A DNA stretch of 64,000 nucleotides from a virus (Duplodnaviria > Caudoviricetes): the IMG/VR virus record IMGVR_UViG_3300021368_000010, positions 1,333 through 65,332 of that record. One strand, 5' to 3'. The position numbers and the translations under genes are program-made. Under the pieces are notes generated by a model. The model was not told the DNA's origin. It did no database searches and saw nothing but the letters and a program-made list of their open reading frames with translations. Positions 18,737 to 28,385 of the stretch are shown here, piece by piece. The stretch's first letter is position 1. Each line of letters starts with the position of its first letter.

Positions 18737-19004
18737 CTTTTTTCTCTAGAGTAGGTGCTTTATTTTCCTCGTCTTTCTTTTTACTAGCAACAACCCCGAA
18801 GGTAGCTAAAGTCCCAGTAAAAACGCTGGCGATGAAAGTTGGATCGATATTTTTCTGAGGAATACCAGGAACAGTTACATAATTAAGAGTCAGAATCGCT
18901 GCTGACCACCCAAGAATAATAACTCGGACGAGAGTTGATACACCCTCATCCGCCCACTCAAATTTATTCTGCTTGGCTTCCTCTTTCTTTGGATTAGAGT
19001 CCAT
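18720..19004 (-). CDS. Small two-TM membrane protein
   Basis: 94 aa, two hydrophobic segments, charged termini; CTAAATA upstream. Confidence 0.75.
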   Translation of the reverse strand: MDSNPKKEEAKQNKFEWADEGVSTLVRVIILGWSAAILTLNYVTVPGIPQKNIDPTFIASVFTGTLATFGVVASKKKDEENKAPTLEKKDAKTD

Positions 19005-19028
19005 AGTTAAAGAGCAAGGCTCTTCTAT

Positions 19029-19457
19029 TTAGCTTTCAGAAGTTTGACGCTTCTTTCCAATATTATATTTGGATTCTAAAATCCATTCAGTCTTTTCTTT
19101 ATAAGCAATGACTTTGATCTGACTCAGGGGGGCGGCATCTTTAACAGAATCCTCTTTAACAATCTCTACCAATCCCCAGTCAGACAGGAGTTTAATAATA
19201 CGATTGCGTCTTTGTACATCATTCTCAGACAGGTTTGCTTTCTTTCCATCTAGTGCAAACAGTTCTTTAAAATGTACAATGTAATACTGACCTTTCTTAT
19301 GTAAGATATGACAAGATTGAAATAACTTTCGCTCTTTTCTGGAAGCAACTCCAATACGAGTAAGAGTTTCACGCACCTTAAGGAAATCATCAGGTTCCTT
19401 TAGATTCACTTCTACCATGTCTGCTTTCGTCCACTGAACTTCCTTAAGTTCTTTCAT
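19029..19457 (-). CDS. regA: Translational repressor RegA
   Basis: DDFLKVRETLTRIG, QSCHILHK, YIVHFKELF. Confidence 0.96.
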   Translation of the reverse strand: MKELKEVQWTKADMVEVNLKEPDDFLKVRETLTRIGVASRKERKLFQSCHILHKKGQYYIVHFKELFALDGKKANLSENDVQRRNRIIKLLSDWGLVEIVKEDSVKDAAPLSQIKVIAYKEKTEWILESKYNIGKKRQTSES

Positions 19458-19858
19458 CGGTTTTTACCCCCTTTATTCAATTTATCTCTAATGATCTCGA
19501 TTTGATCTGAGGTAAGAATCCTGAGTGCTTGCATTGCTTTCTCGGTCGAATAACCATAGAACTCTTTGACAAGTTCAATATCCTTCACCTTTTCTTTTTT
19601 ACCCCAAGGAGAAAATCTCTTACGGGGTCTCACGATATTTATAAAAAATTCATACTGCAGTTTTTTATCAAGATTCGGATACCGATTCATTTCATTCGCA
19701 TACATGATAGTGTCCATGTGTTGCGACATACATTTATTAATTACATAAGGAGGGTAATTCTTTTCCCAACCAGGATCATCTGTATCCAACAAATCTTTTT
19801 TAGTTTGATTGATACTGTTCAGATAATCCTTGAGGGGATACCTTTCATCATACGACAT
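19454..19858 (-). CDS. g62: Clamp loader small subunit gp62
   Basis: YPPYVIN, ANEMN, RKRFSPW; synteny with regA. Confidence 0.93.
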   Translation of the reverse strand: MSYDERYPLKDYLNSINQTKKDLLDTDDPGWEKNYPPYVINKCMSQHMDTIMYANEMNRYPNLDKKLQYEFFINIVRPRKRFSPWGKKEKVKDIELVKEFYGYSTEKAMQALRILTSDQIEIIRDKLNKGGKNR

Positions 19859-20684
19859 AATTTAAGAGTAGAAGTTCTTTGCGGGACTGTTGTTCTTGCA
19901 TGTATTCACCGACCGATCTCATGGTGTAAGTATGATCATACTCATAGGGAGTCCATCCCAGAAATCGATCTTTGATCAACTGCGAAGAGTTGTAAGATAC
20001 TAGTTGATGACCAATGTGTCGATCACAGTCCAGAGCAAACTTATCGTGATCAAATCCTTTGTGCATATTACCTTTCTTGCCATAGAGATTAGATCCGATC
20101 TCATACGGGGGATCAAGATAAGTAAAGACTTTCTTATCGTCGGTCAGTAACTTTTCGTATGACAGATTAGTGATCTTCCAGTTCTTGATAAGTTGTTGAT
20201 AGTAGGGGAGTTTGTTAATTCCTCGCATACTAAAGTTTGAGTCTGACGCCTGTTTGCTGAAGGAACTGGACTCAGTGAGACCAGAAAAAGAGCACTTGTT
20301 AACAATATAGAAACTGACAGCACGAGCCGTAGCATCACATTTTCTGGGTTCGTGAGAGAGATACTCTTTAGATTCCAAGAAAAGAACTTTCGCGGAAGCG
20401 GGGTCAGGGTGCCTTTGTTTAAGTTGGACGAGTTGGGACCTAACTTCATTAGCATTCTCCTGCAATTCACGCCAGAAATTGTAAAGGGGTTCGTAGAGAT
20501 CGTTCACCCAAATATCAAGATGAGGATGACACTGAGAAATATATAGTGCAACAGAACCTCCACCAAGAAAAGGTTCGCGAAACTCTGTGTAGTCGGGATA
20601 AAAGAGAGGAAAATATTGTGCCATCTTTTTAGTAGCACGAGACTTTCCTCCAGGATAACGAAGAGGAGTTTTTAGTGCGGTCAT
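19848..20684 (-). CDS. dam: DNA adenine methyltransferase (Dam-like)
   Basis: LRYPGGKS, EPFLGGGSV, YLDPPY. Confidence 0.93.
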   Translation of the reverse strand: MTALKTPLRYPGGKSRATKKMAQYFPLFYPDYTEFREPFLGGGSVALYISQCHPHLDIWVNDLYEPLYNFWRELQENANEVRSQLVQLKQRHPDPASAKVLFLESKEYLSHEPRKCDATARAVSFYIVNKCSFSGLTESSSFSKQASDSNFSMRGINKLPYYQQLIKNWKITNLSYEKLLTDDKKVFTYLDPPYEIGSNLYGKKGNMHKGFDHDKFALDCDRHIGHQLVSYNSSQLIKDRFLGWTPYEYDHTYTMRSVGEYMQEQQSRKELLLLNYVV

Positions 20685-20971
20685 ACAATCAATTGCTTGG
20701 TGGGGGTAATGATGGTTCCAAACATATTAGAATACTGTTCAATAACGGCAGGTTGTGCATCAGTAATAAAGATCACTGCCAACTTCTCTACAGTAATACT
20801 ATTTACTGCAGGATCCTGAAGTGGTGCCCATGGTGCAAACCCAAGTTGATTTTCTGCAGCAGTAGGAATTGCAACAATAGGATTTCTGATGACAATGTTA
20901 TCAACATTATCTTCAACAATTTCTGCGATGACATTCTCACCGCTCATAAAACGAATGTACTTAATGCTCAT
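20681..20971 (-). CDS. Hypothetical protein (possible Sm-like fold)
   Basis: YIRFMSGENVIAEI...FAPWAPL. Confidence 0.75.
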   Translation of the reverse strand: MSIKYIRFMSGENVIAEIVEDNVDNIVIRNPIVAIPTAAENQLGFAPWAPLQDPAVNSITVEKLAVIFITDAQPAVIEQYSNMFGTIITPTKQLIV

Positions 20972-21360
20972 GATGATTTTCTAAGTTGATTTGAGGTTTT
21001 TGCTTTGTGGCAATCATAGCATAACAATTGACACTTGTTAATTTCATTCCAAAAGTTTTTACTCAATTTTTTTGAGCACATACTGCGTTTTGGATTCCAT
21101 TCCTTTTCTATAGGATTTATATGATCTAATTCAAGTCGTTCTTTACTACCACACTTAATACATCCTTCAGAACCATCTCTTTCTTCCAAGAATTTAATTA
21201 CCGTGGCAAAATTTTCAGTATATCTTTCTTTGAGGAGATGTTTATCTCTCTGATAATACTCTCGTTTTTTCTGCTTAACTTCTGGAAGTTGGTTGCGGGC
21301 ATTCTTCTTTGCCTTTGCTTCGGGAGAGAGTCTTTGATACTCTGCCTTATGATCCCTCAT
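20968..21360 (-). CDS. HNH endonuclease
   Basis: CxxC...LELDHINP...CQLLCYDCH. Confidence 0.85.
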   Translation of the reverse strand: MRDHKAEYQRLSPEAKAKKNARNQLPEVKQKKREYYQRDKHLLKERYTENFATVIKFLEERDGSEGCIKCGSKERLELDHINPIEKEWNPKRSMCSKKLSKNFWNEINKCQLLCYDCHKAKTSNQLRKSS

Positions 21361-22298
21361 TTGAAATTACACTCCAACATTAATTGAGTGAGACAGGCAA
21401 GGAGATTGATCTCCTGATCTACCACAAAGGCAGACTTGTATTGATACTCTGCAATGATAAGAACTGCAGCAGCAACAGAAGGACCATCCATCACACCAGA
21501 TAGATTGTCATAGAGTTTCCTCATGATTGAGGTAGGATCAGCATCAAGATTCTGAGTGACCCATTTCTTTACATCATTGAACTTCTTGTTCTTCAGACTC
21601 TCGACAAGAGAATCGATGTTTGCATCACCTAACGCCGCCAGAATGCCAGTGTCGATAGACCCTGTGCTTGCATATCGCTGGAGTTCGTTGAGGGTGCGTC
21701 GGAAATCTGGGAAATATTTTTGGACGACATTCGCCACAACTCGATCAGAGAAGGGGATCTCCTCGCGCTTGAGGATATCCCTACATCGATCGAAGAAAGA
21801 CGCTGCCAACTCTTGCTTAGTGCTTCCACGAACATTAAACTCTACGACCGTCGTCCTACTATGTAGGGGTTCAATAATTTTGTTTTTGAAATTACAAGTG
21901 AATATGAACCGACAGTTTTTTTGGAACTCTTCGATACTGGCACGAAGGAGTAGTTGAACATCCGGCGTTGTGTTATCTGCTTCATCAATGATAAGAACTT
22001 TGTGCTTACTAGAAGAAGTGAGAGACACAGTAGAGGCAAAGTTCTTTGCCTGATTGCGTACAGTGTCCAGGAATCGACCTTCATCAGATCCATTGATAAC
22101 ATAGTAGTCTGCTCCCAGTTCTTTACAGAGTGCTTTAGCGATAGTAGTCTTACCAACACCAGCAGTTCCAGAAAGCAAGAGATTAGGAATCTCGCCTTGC
22201 TCAAGGAAACTCTGGAAGGTTTTCTTCACAGATTCAGGAAGGATGCACTCGTCTACAGTTTGAGGACGGTACTTCTCTACCCAGAGAAAATCATTCAT
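21357..22298 (-). CDS. g44: Clamp loader large subunit gp44
   Basis: WVEKYRP, GTAGVGKTT, IIDEAD, LHSR. Confidence 0.96.
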   Translation of the reverse strand: MNDFLWVEKYRPQTVDECILPESVKKTFQSFLEQGEIPNLLLSGTAGVGKTTIAKALCKELGADYYVINGSDEGRFLDTVRNQAKNFASTVSLTSSSKHKVLIIDEADNTTPDVQLLLRASIEEFQKNCRFIFTCNFKNKIIEPLHSRTTVVEFNVRGSTKQELAASFFDRCRDILKREEIPFSDRVVANVVQKYFPDFRRTLNELQRYASTGSIDTGILAALGDANIDSLVESLKNKKFNDVKKWVTQNLDADPTSIMRKLYDNLSGVMDGPSVAAAVLIIAEYQYKSAFVVDQEINLLACLTQLMLECNFK

Positions 22299-22300
22299 AA

Positions 22301-22828
22301 TCAAATCCAATCAGGTTTACGCTCAGGATTGCGTTTATAGTTTTCCTTCACCCATGGTTTAGATGCAATATACATCTTGTATGCAGTGAAGGTGTCGATG
22401 CTATTGTCATGTTTGAACTCATCCGGCATCGCTCTCACAAAAGGCGTAGGATGCTTCCCAGAGCGTCCCTGAGGGTCCGCAAAGGGAAAGATGGAGTCTG
22501 CATAGGCAAGAGTGTGCAAACAAGAATGAACCTTGCCATAGCGATGGGTATACTCTGAGCACAGAGCAATACCATGACTAATTAACCATCTCCAATTCAT
22601 CACAAATGAATTTGCCCAGATGGTGCAAGGATGGTTTCTAAACGCACCCTTATCAGTCTTATATGAGTTGCCATCTTTATTTGGCAGTTCACCAAACCCA
22701 TGACCCCATTTGTCAGACGCTACGATGGCAAGCATCTGACAGCACTCTAATGGCATTTTGACAATATGTTTGTCAGGAAGAACTTGAGCAGACTTCCAGG
22801 GACTGGGATCGGTAACAAAGATGTTCAT
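22301..22828 (-). CDS. Pyrimidine-dimer DNA glycosylase (DenV-related family)
   Basis: MNIF...DKHIVKMPLE, NHPCTIW, EYTHRYGKVH. Confidence 0.75.
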   Translation of the reverse strand: MNIFVTDPSPWKSAQVLPDKHIVKMPLECCQMLAIVASDKWGHGFGELPNKDGNSYKTDKGAFRNHPCTIWANSFVMNWRWLISHGIALCSEYTHRYGKVHSCLHTLAYADSIFPFADPQGRSGKHPTPFVRAMPDEFKHDNSIDTFTAYKMYIASKPWVKENYKRNPERKPDWI

Positions 22829-23160
22829 TCTAAAGGTCTGATGAATTGGTTAGCAACCATGTCTTGTGATTGCATTATATCATACATGTATCTTACAGCC
22901 GATTCAGGAACTGTATGATTTCCACATGTAAAAACATCACAAACTGCCATACATTTATCTGGCCAGGTGTGAATACTAATATGACTTTCGGCAAGAAGAG
23001 CAATAGCAGTCACACCAAACGGTTCAAATTTATGTGATGTTACATCTAGCAAAGTTGCCTGTGCCATAATTGCTGAGTTGACCAACATGTCTCTGATGAA
23101 TGACTCATCATCACACAATGAAAATGGACAACCCTTTAGAGTGAATAAGATATGCTTCAA
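22825..23160 (-). CDS. speD: S-adenosylmethionine decarboxylase proenzyme
   Basis: LLAESHISIHTWP, DVFTCG. Confidence 0.95.
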   Translation of the reverse strand: MKHILFTLKGCPFSLCDDESFIRDMLVNSAIMAQATLLDVTSHKFEPFGVTAIALLAESHISIHTWPDKCMAVCDVFTCGNHTVPESAVRYMYDIMQSQDMVANQFIRPLE

Positions 23161-23810
23161 GGTTCCAAGGCAATGAAGTATTTGATGCCTTCACCTTCAA
23201 ACAGTGCAACATTATGCTTACTAATCGAAACTCTGTAATCGCCAGCAAGAAGTTTCAGATTCTCAACCTTAAAGCAATAACAGAACTGTTCTTCAGAATG
23301 CCCCACTTCAACTGAGTAACTGTTAGAAGTTTCATTCTTTTTATCAGTAACTGTCAGATGCATAGTGCCACCATCACTGAATAGACAAAGATCTGGAAGT
23401 TGATAGATATTAGCTGCCAATCCAAGTTGTTTCAAAACACTTGCTTCAAGACGGAAACTCACATCCTTAGAAGGGATATTAATTTCTTTCTCGGGAGGTT
23501 GTACAATTACATCAGGATCTGCATAGAAAAACCGAGTCTTTGACTTGCCACGCTCATCACTTACGGTTACATAATTTGTTTGAGTGGTGTCAATCTTCGG
23601 TCGATTAAACAGAGAAAGACCGCCAAGGAATACACCCAGATCGTAAATGCTGATCTGCGAATCAAACTGTTCTTCGACCTCAGCAATGGCAAGAATGTTT
23701 TTATTGACACTGAGAGTAGAAATTCGATTGCCCGGTTTAATAACAATCGACTTGTTGATAGAACAGAAGTTCTTAAGGACATCAATTGTTTGGGGGGAAA
23801 TTACGGTCAT
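23157..23810 (-). CDS. g45: Sliding clamp gp45
   Basis: LKNFCSIN, IYDL..FL, KVENLK, YFIALE. Confidence 0.94.
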   Translation of the reverse strand: MTVISPQTIDVLKNFCSINKSIVIKPGNRISTLSVNKNILAIAEVEEQFDSQISIYDLGVFLGGLSLFNRPKIDTTQTNYVTVSDERGKSKTRFFYADPDVIVQPPEKEINIPSKDVSFRLEASVLKQLGLAANIYQLPDLCLFSDGGTMHLTVTDKKNETSNSYSVEVGHSEEQFCYCFKVENLKLLAGDYRVSISKHNVALFEGEGIKYFIALEP

Positions 23811-24082
23811 TGAGGGTACTCTTCACGGTTTGCAGATTGGTCGCTGAAATAAAGAAGGAGAAGACCGTAGTGCAAAATCTTGATAATGTCACGACGGGCA
23901 GTTCCCTTCTTATCATATCGGGATGCATACTTCAGGATGTTGCTCCTACAGAATGCTTCAGCATCTCCACAGGCATCAATCAAATCTAGCGTCTGAATTT
24001 TGTCAGTTGCATAGTGCTGATTGTATGTGCCAATAATATAGTCACGGAGCTCCGTTAGGAGCTCCTCTTCATTATACTTCAT
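23807..24082 (-). CDS. Conserved hypothetical protein (DUF3310-like)
   Basis: YNQHY...AFCRSNILKYASRYDKKG. Confidence 0.75.
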   Translation of the reverse strand: MKYNEEELLTELRDYIIGTYNQHYATDKIQTLDLIDACGDAEAFCRSNILKYASRYDKKGTARRDIIKILHYGLLLLYFSDQSANREEYPQ

Positions 24083-25161
24083 TGATCATTCAGAAGGTCA
24101 TGGTTTTCAGTATTGTACTCGGAATCCTCTCCTGCGTCAACCTTTGTATAAAGATCCAGGAAGGATTGCTTAGTGTCATCATCAAAACGATTGACACACT
24201 TAGTGATAGCGTCCAGACGGTCACCAAAGATGCTGTATGCCTGAACAATATGAACCAGACGACGGGTGGTGATGACCTCATCAACTCCACCGTCGAAGAA
24301 AGTTTTGCGGATTACACCTGCCCACTTGACAAGGTTATCAGCAAACTCTTGATCACATCCTACATTCAAAAGAATCTTTGTCTCTACAGTAGCGGTAGGA
24401 TAATCTTGCTCGAAGGTGATTGGGAAACGCTCAAGGAATGCCTCATTGAGAATGTTAGTTCCAACAAAGCGACCGTCATCGCTGCCTTTGCCTTTAGTAT
24501 TTGCAGTTGCAATAACATTGAATCCATCAGTAGGTTTTACATATTTGCCAATTTTCTTAAGGAACACTCCCTTGCCCTCAAGAACAGATTGCAAACATAG
24601 GATCTTGTTAGAAGCAAGATCGATCTCGTCTAGAAGAAGTACAGCTCCCCTCTCCAGAGCTTCGATGACAGGACCATTGTGCCAAACAGTGTCACCATCG
24701 ACAAGACGGAAACCGCCAATAAGATCATCTTCGTCCGTTTCGATGGTGATGTTGACACGAATCAACTCTCGTTTCGCTGCAGCACAAGCTTGCTCAACGG
24801 ACATGGTTTTACCATTGCCAGAAAGACCTGTGATAAAGATCGGATAGAACTGACGAGACTGTACAACCTTGCGTACAGATGAAAAATTACCACACTGGAC
24901 GTAGGAATCATCTTTATCTGGGATATAGTTTGCGGATGAAGTGGCGGAGGGTGCTTCATATGCCTGCTGAATTTCTTGAGCAGTCAGATTCCACTTACCC
25001 CTACCAGATTTATAAGACTCAAGGCGTTTGCAAACAGTAGCATAAGATACTCCCATGGAAGATGCCACATTCCGAACTTGATTGATGTCAACTTCAGAAC
25101 CATACTGTTCGGTCAGAGCGTTGACCAGATCTGTGGTAGTGACTTCAGATTTGCGGGGCAT
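24079..25161 (-). CDS. cobS: CobS/MoxR-type AAA+ ATPase
   Basis: GLSGNGKT, LLLDEIDL, ATANTKG, AFLERF. Confidence 0.9.
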   Translation of the reverse strand: MPRKSEVTTTDLVNALTEQYGSEVDINQVRNVASSMGVSYATVCKRLESYKSGRGKWNLTAQEIQQAYEAPSATSSANYIPDKDDSYVQCGNFSSVRKVVQSRQFYPIFITGLSGNGKTMSVEQACAAAKRELIRVNITIETDEDDLIGGFRLVDGDTVWHNGPVIEALERGAVLLLDEIDLASNKILCLQSVLEGKGVFLKKIGKYVKPTDGFNVIATANTKGKGSDDGRFVGTNILNEAFLERFPITFEQDYPTATVETKILLNVGCDQEFADNLVKWAGVIRKTFFDGGVDEVITTRRLVHIVQAYSIFGDRLDAITKCVNRFDDDTKQSFLDLYTKVDAGEDSEYNTENHDLLNDQ

Positions 25162-25175
25162 TGGTCCTCTCTTGA

Positions 25176-25229
25176 TTACCTTGTAATTATAGCAGAAAAC
25201 CCTCCCAAATGGGAGGGTCTAGGACAGTT
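25176..25229 (-). promoter_or_regulatory. Early/middle-type promoter with AACTGTCC box, internal hairpin and TGCTATAAT
   Basis: 23-nt identity with 27371-27393; hairpin accctccc-aaat-gggagggt. Confidence 0.65.
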
Positions 25230-25241
25230 ATTTAGGTGTCC

Positions 25242-27359
25242 TCACGCAATCTGTTCGATGAATGCATTGAGGATAGTTTTGTTTGCCATTTTAGATCCCA
25301 TATGTTTCTTGAAAGCACGAGCAAGTTCTGCCTTAGTTGCAACTTCATTTTTCTGCTTAACCTCAATATCCTTAGATGCAGCAGACATATTCTGACTTGG
25401 AATAAAGAATGCTTCTGTATACCCAACCTTTCCCTTTACAGAAGCAAAGCGTTCTTTCTTCCATTGCTTATCTGCTGCAGTAAATTCATCGAAGTCAGTA
25501 TACTCCCGAATGACTCTAGACGCTTCTGCTTTTGTGCAAATACGAATACCAATCCAATTGTAATCAGTGACTTCTCGCATAAAGGATACAATTTCCTTAG
25601 TAGTATGATATGGAGAGCTATGGATTCGACGAGAATAACCAGTTACAGGATCACGAAGAATAAAAACTTTGTGCTTTTGGTGGCACAAGTATGAAACAGA
25701 CTGATGTTCTTCTCCAGTTCGATAATTGCTGTAAGTTGTCACAAAGGAAAGAGGATTCGCTTCTCCATCAGTAAGACAAATAACATTCACCTTAGTAACT
25801 TTCTCAACTCGCTTAATCTTATCTACAATAGACCGAGCACACATAACTGCTTCTCCAAGAGGAGTTCCGCCAAGACTGTATTCGGAGCAAGAACTAATAC
25901 GATATCCTCCCATTGCAAATGCTTGCAGATAAACCATCTGCATAGACTTTTCCAGAGAGCGTGCATTTTGACGAGAAGAGAAAAACTCCAGCAATCTAAA
26001 CTCTCCACTGATACACAGATCATTATCTTTACTGAGATCATCAGTGACATTGGTTCGATATCCGCTTTGGAATCCATAAACTCGGAAAGGAATACCGGAC
26101 TTCTTACAGAACCAAATAAGATTGTAAGTTTGTTTCAGAGTATCCAATAACTGGTGCTGCATAGATCCAGACCAATCAAGAAACATCACTAGACCGTGAT
26201 TCTTACCTTCAGGAATGATAGTAACTTTCTTGAAGATGTCATCGTTGTACTTGTAAGTATGCAGTTTATTAGTGTCAAGAACACCGGTTCTAGCAGTTGC
26301 AGCACGACGATATTCGTCTGCAGACTTCTTCATTTCAAATTGCTTACACAAATAACTGACAGTCTTTTTAGTATCTTTTTTGAAAGTAGTATAGTGATCA
26401 ATACCATACTCAATATTATTCATTCTATACTCAATCTGATCTGGGGAATCGCCTTCTCTGTTATAAAAATGATTGTACAGCTTGTTTTGAATCTCATTAA
26501 AAGGAACAATATACCTGTCAACATCAATGTCAGGAAGTGAAAGGTAAACCCATTCTTTCGCATCATCATCTACAAGAGTTTCTAGTGCCTCTTGCAAAGC
26601 AGCATCAGTGATTGATTCGGTTTCATCTTTGCCACCCAAATCATTCATAAAATCATGATCATATGAAGGAGTATCTAGATCAGCAGCATCATTTTCTTGC
26701 TCACGACTCTCTGCTTCTTCAAGCATTTCTTCATGGGTCATACCTTGATCAGGAGTAACCTCAATCGTGTCACCACTCTGACTTCCAGATTGATTCTGAT
26801 TGGGAGGTATTTCTAGTTCTTTCTCCTCTTGTTTTTGATTTGCATAGTACCACAGTTCCCTAGCAAGATCTATTACATCATCAAAAGTTTGAGTATTGGT
26901 AGCACGATTCACCCAGACCATTTCCTCTTTAGAAAAAGGAGTGTTGGGGTTACCTTTGAAGTATAAATTAATCCGATCAATCAAAGACAGGTTCTCAGGA
27001 TCTTCACCCTTAACTCCAAAGAAGTCACGATCCCAAAGTTCTTTATAACCTTCATAGAAGGACTTACGGAGACCCGGATAGGTACGCTTCATCATGCGTT
27101 CGATACGAGCATCTTCTAAGACATTCAGGAACGACTTAGAGACGCCAGGAACATCAGCGTTGGGGGTATACAGCGCATGACCTACTTCATGACCTACAAG
27201 AAGGTCATAGACGGTATCGCTAGAGTTTTTCCAAATAGGAAGAATTAGGATTCGCTTCTCCACATCAAAGCAAGCAGTGCTAACTTTGCGGTGTTCAACA
27301 GTCAGGTTTTCCGTAGCAAGCAGTTTGGCAAGAGTGCCTTTGACTTCCTGAGTGTTCAT
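25242..27359 (-). CDS. CobT-like VWA protein with N-terminal metallopeptidase motif
   Basis: GHEVGHAL, NVLEDARIE, MIDAS DWSGSM, GGTPL, LTDGE; GGAGG RBS before MNTQEV. Confidence 0.88.
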   Translation of the reverse strand: MNTQEVKGTLAKLLATENLTVEHRKVSTACFDVEKRILILPIWKNSSDTVYDLLVGHEVGHALYTPNADVPGVSKSFLNVLEDARIERMMKRTYPGLRKSFYEGYKELWDRDFFGVKGEDPENLSLIDRINLYFKGNPNTPFSKEEMVWVNRATNTQTFDDVIDLARELWYYANQKQEEKELEIPPNQNQSGSQSGDTIEVTPDQGMTHEEMLEEAESREQENDAADLDTPSYDHDFMNDLGGKDETESITDAALQEALETLVDDDAKEWVYLSLPDIDVDRYIVPFNEIQNKLYNHFYNREGDSPDQIEYRMNNIEYGIDHYTTFKKDTKKTVSYLCKQFEMKKSADEYRRAATARTGVLDTNKLHTYKYNDDIFKKVTIIPEGKNHGLVMFLDWSGSMQHQLLDTLKQTYNLIWFCKKSGIPFRVYGFQSGYRTNVTDDLSKDNDLCISGEFRLLEFFSSRQNARSLEKSMQMVYLQAFAMGGYRISSCSEYSLGGTPLGEAVMCARSIVDKIKRVEKVTKVNVICLTDGEANPLSFVTTYSNYRTGEEHQSVSYLCHQKHKVFILRDPVTGYSRRIHSSPYHTTKEIVSFMREVTDYNWIGIRICTKAEASRVIREYTDFDEFTAADKQWKKERFASVKGKVGYTEAFFIPSQNMSAASKDIEVKQKNEVATKAELARAFKKHMGSKMANKTILNAFIEQIA

Positions 27360-27370
27360 GCGTCCTCCGT

Positions 27371-27424
27371 TTACCTTGTAATTATAGCAGAAAGTCCATC
27401 CCCTGTGCAAGAGGATGGACAGTT
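27371..27424 (-). promoter_or_regulatory. Early/middle-type promoter (TTGCAC-18-TATAAT) with AACTGTCC box
   Basis: Same architecture and spacing as 25176-25229. Confidence 0.65.
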
Positions 27425-27426
27425 AC

Positions 27427-27666
27427 TCAAGTGAACATACCCATATCACTCATGTACTTAAGTGTTTCCTTTAGTGTGCCACGGTGATCTAGACCAATAG
27501 CAATCTGAGGATACTCTGCTTCACTACCAAACTCAGCACGAAACTGTCTGTCACTAAAGTCAGCACCAAGAATAAACTCTTTTACTTCTTGACCACATGC
27601 TTCAAGAACCATGACTGCTCGTTCACATTCTTGACTACCATTGCCATAAACAAGTGCTTGTATCAT
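27427..27666 (-). CDS. Glutaredoxin-like protein
   Basis: YGNGSQEC...FG..AEYPQI thioredoxin-fold pattern with a single active-site Cys. Confidence 0.65.
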   Translation of the reverse strand: MIQALVYGNGSQECERAVMVLEACGQEVKEFILGADFSDRQFRAEFGSEAEYPQIAIGLDHRGTLKETLKYMSDMGMFT

Positions 27667-27848
27667 TTTTGTTCGTGATTAAATTCAATTACGATTTTTT
27701 CGTGTTTGGTAGTTCTATCAGAAACATAGTAATGTTTTGCTTCACCACCTAAGATCTTACACACATTATCTAGTTGTGTTTTCACAGCAAATTTTCTAAA
27801 ATCATCATCAATTCCTGCTCTCTGTTGAGGTTGATTGAAATCATTCAT
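27663..27848 (-). CDS. Small hypothetical protein
   Basis: 61 aa, ATGA-coupled. Confidence 0.6.
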   Translation of the reverse strand: MNDFNQPQQRAGIDDDFRKFAVKTQLDNVCKILGGEAKHYYVSDRTTKHEKIVIEFNHEQK

Positions 27849-28075
27849 AAGTCAAGTTCAAGTTGCAATTTGCGTTCTTCTTCTATTCTATTATGCTCTG
27901 CCCACATTTCAGCAACCATATCTACTGTTGGTGGTGTTTGGTATACAGGTGATGGTTGTGATTTCCATTTATCAATTTCTTCTTGGGTAGGTACTTTGAT
28001 TGTGAAGGCCATACCTTCTTCCTCAAATTCCTTGTTCATCTTTTCGTAAGTTTCGGGTGTAATTTTTTCAGTCAC
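27845..28075 (-). CDS. Hypothetical protein
   Basis: GGAGG RBS before GTG start (MTEKITPETY). Confidence 0.6.
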   Translation of the reverse strand: MTEKITPETYEKMNKEFEEEGMAFTIKVPTQEEIDKWKSQPSPVYQTPPTVDMVAEMWAEHNRIEEERKLQLELDL

Positions 28076-28382
28076 GTTGCCTCCAATCGTCAGGTTTGTC
28101 TCTTTGGAACCAGTCTCTAATATCATCTGCACTATCAAACCCCGTTCTGTAATTGGATGGGTCGGGGTCACCTAATCCCATCCTATTCATAAAATCATCC
28201 ATAGAACCCTCTTGGATGTCTTGTGCTGCTTGGCGTCGTGCTTGCTGTAACCAGTCCCTAGCAGTTGTATGAGCTTTGGCAAGTTTCTCTGCCCAGATCA
28301 TATCTTCTAGTTTTACTTCTTCTTTGTTAGCGATCTTTTTACAGATGAACTCCAGTCGGAGTCTGTATTGAGTAGATAGCAT
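28068..28382 (-). CDS. Conserved cyano/cyanophage hypothetical protein
   Basis: MLSTQYRLRLE...DWF..DKPDDWRQRD. Confidence 0.75.
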   Translation of the reverse strand: MLSTQYRLRLEFICKKIANKEEVKLEDMIWAEKLAKAHTTARDWLQQARRQAAQDIQEGSMDDFMNRMGLGDPDPSNYRTGFDSADDIRDWFQRDKPDDWRQRD

Positions 28383-28385
28383 ATG

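Noticed and set aside
24079-27359. CobS/CobT-like pair as a cobalamin-synthesis AMG
   Set aside because: Sequence supports only a MoxR AAA+/VWA pair common to T4-like marine phages; no cobN or other cob genes are present
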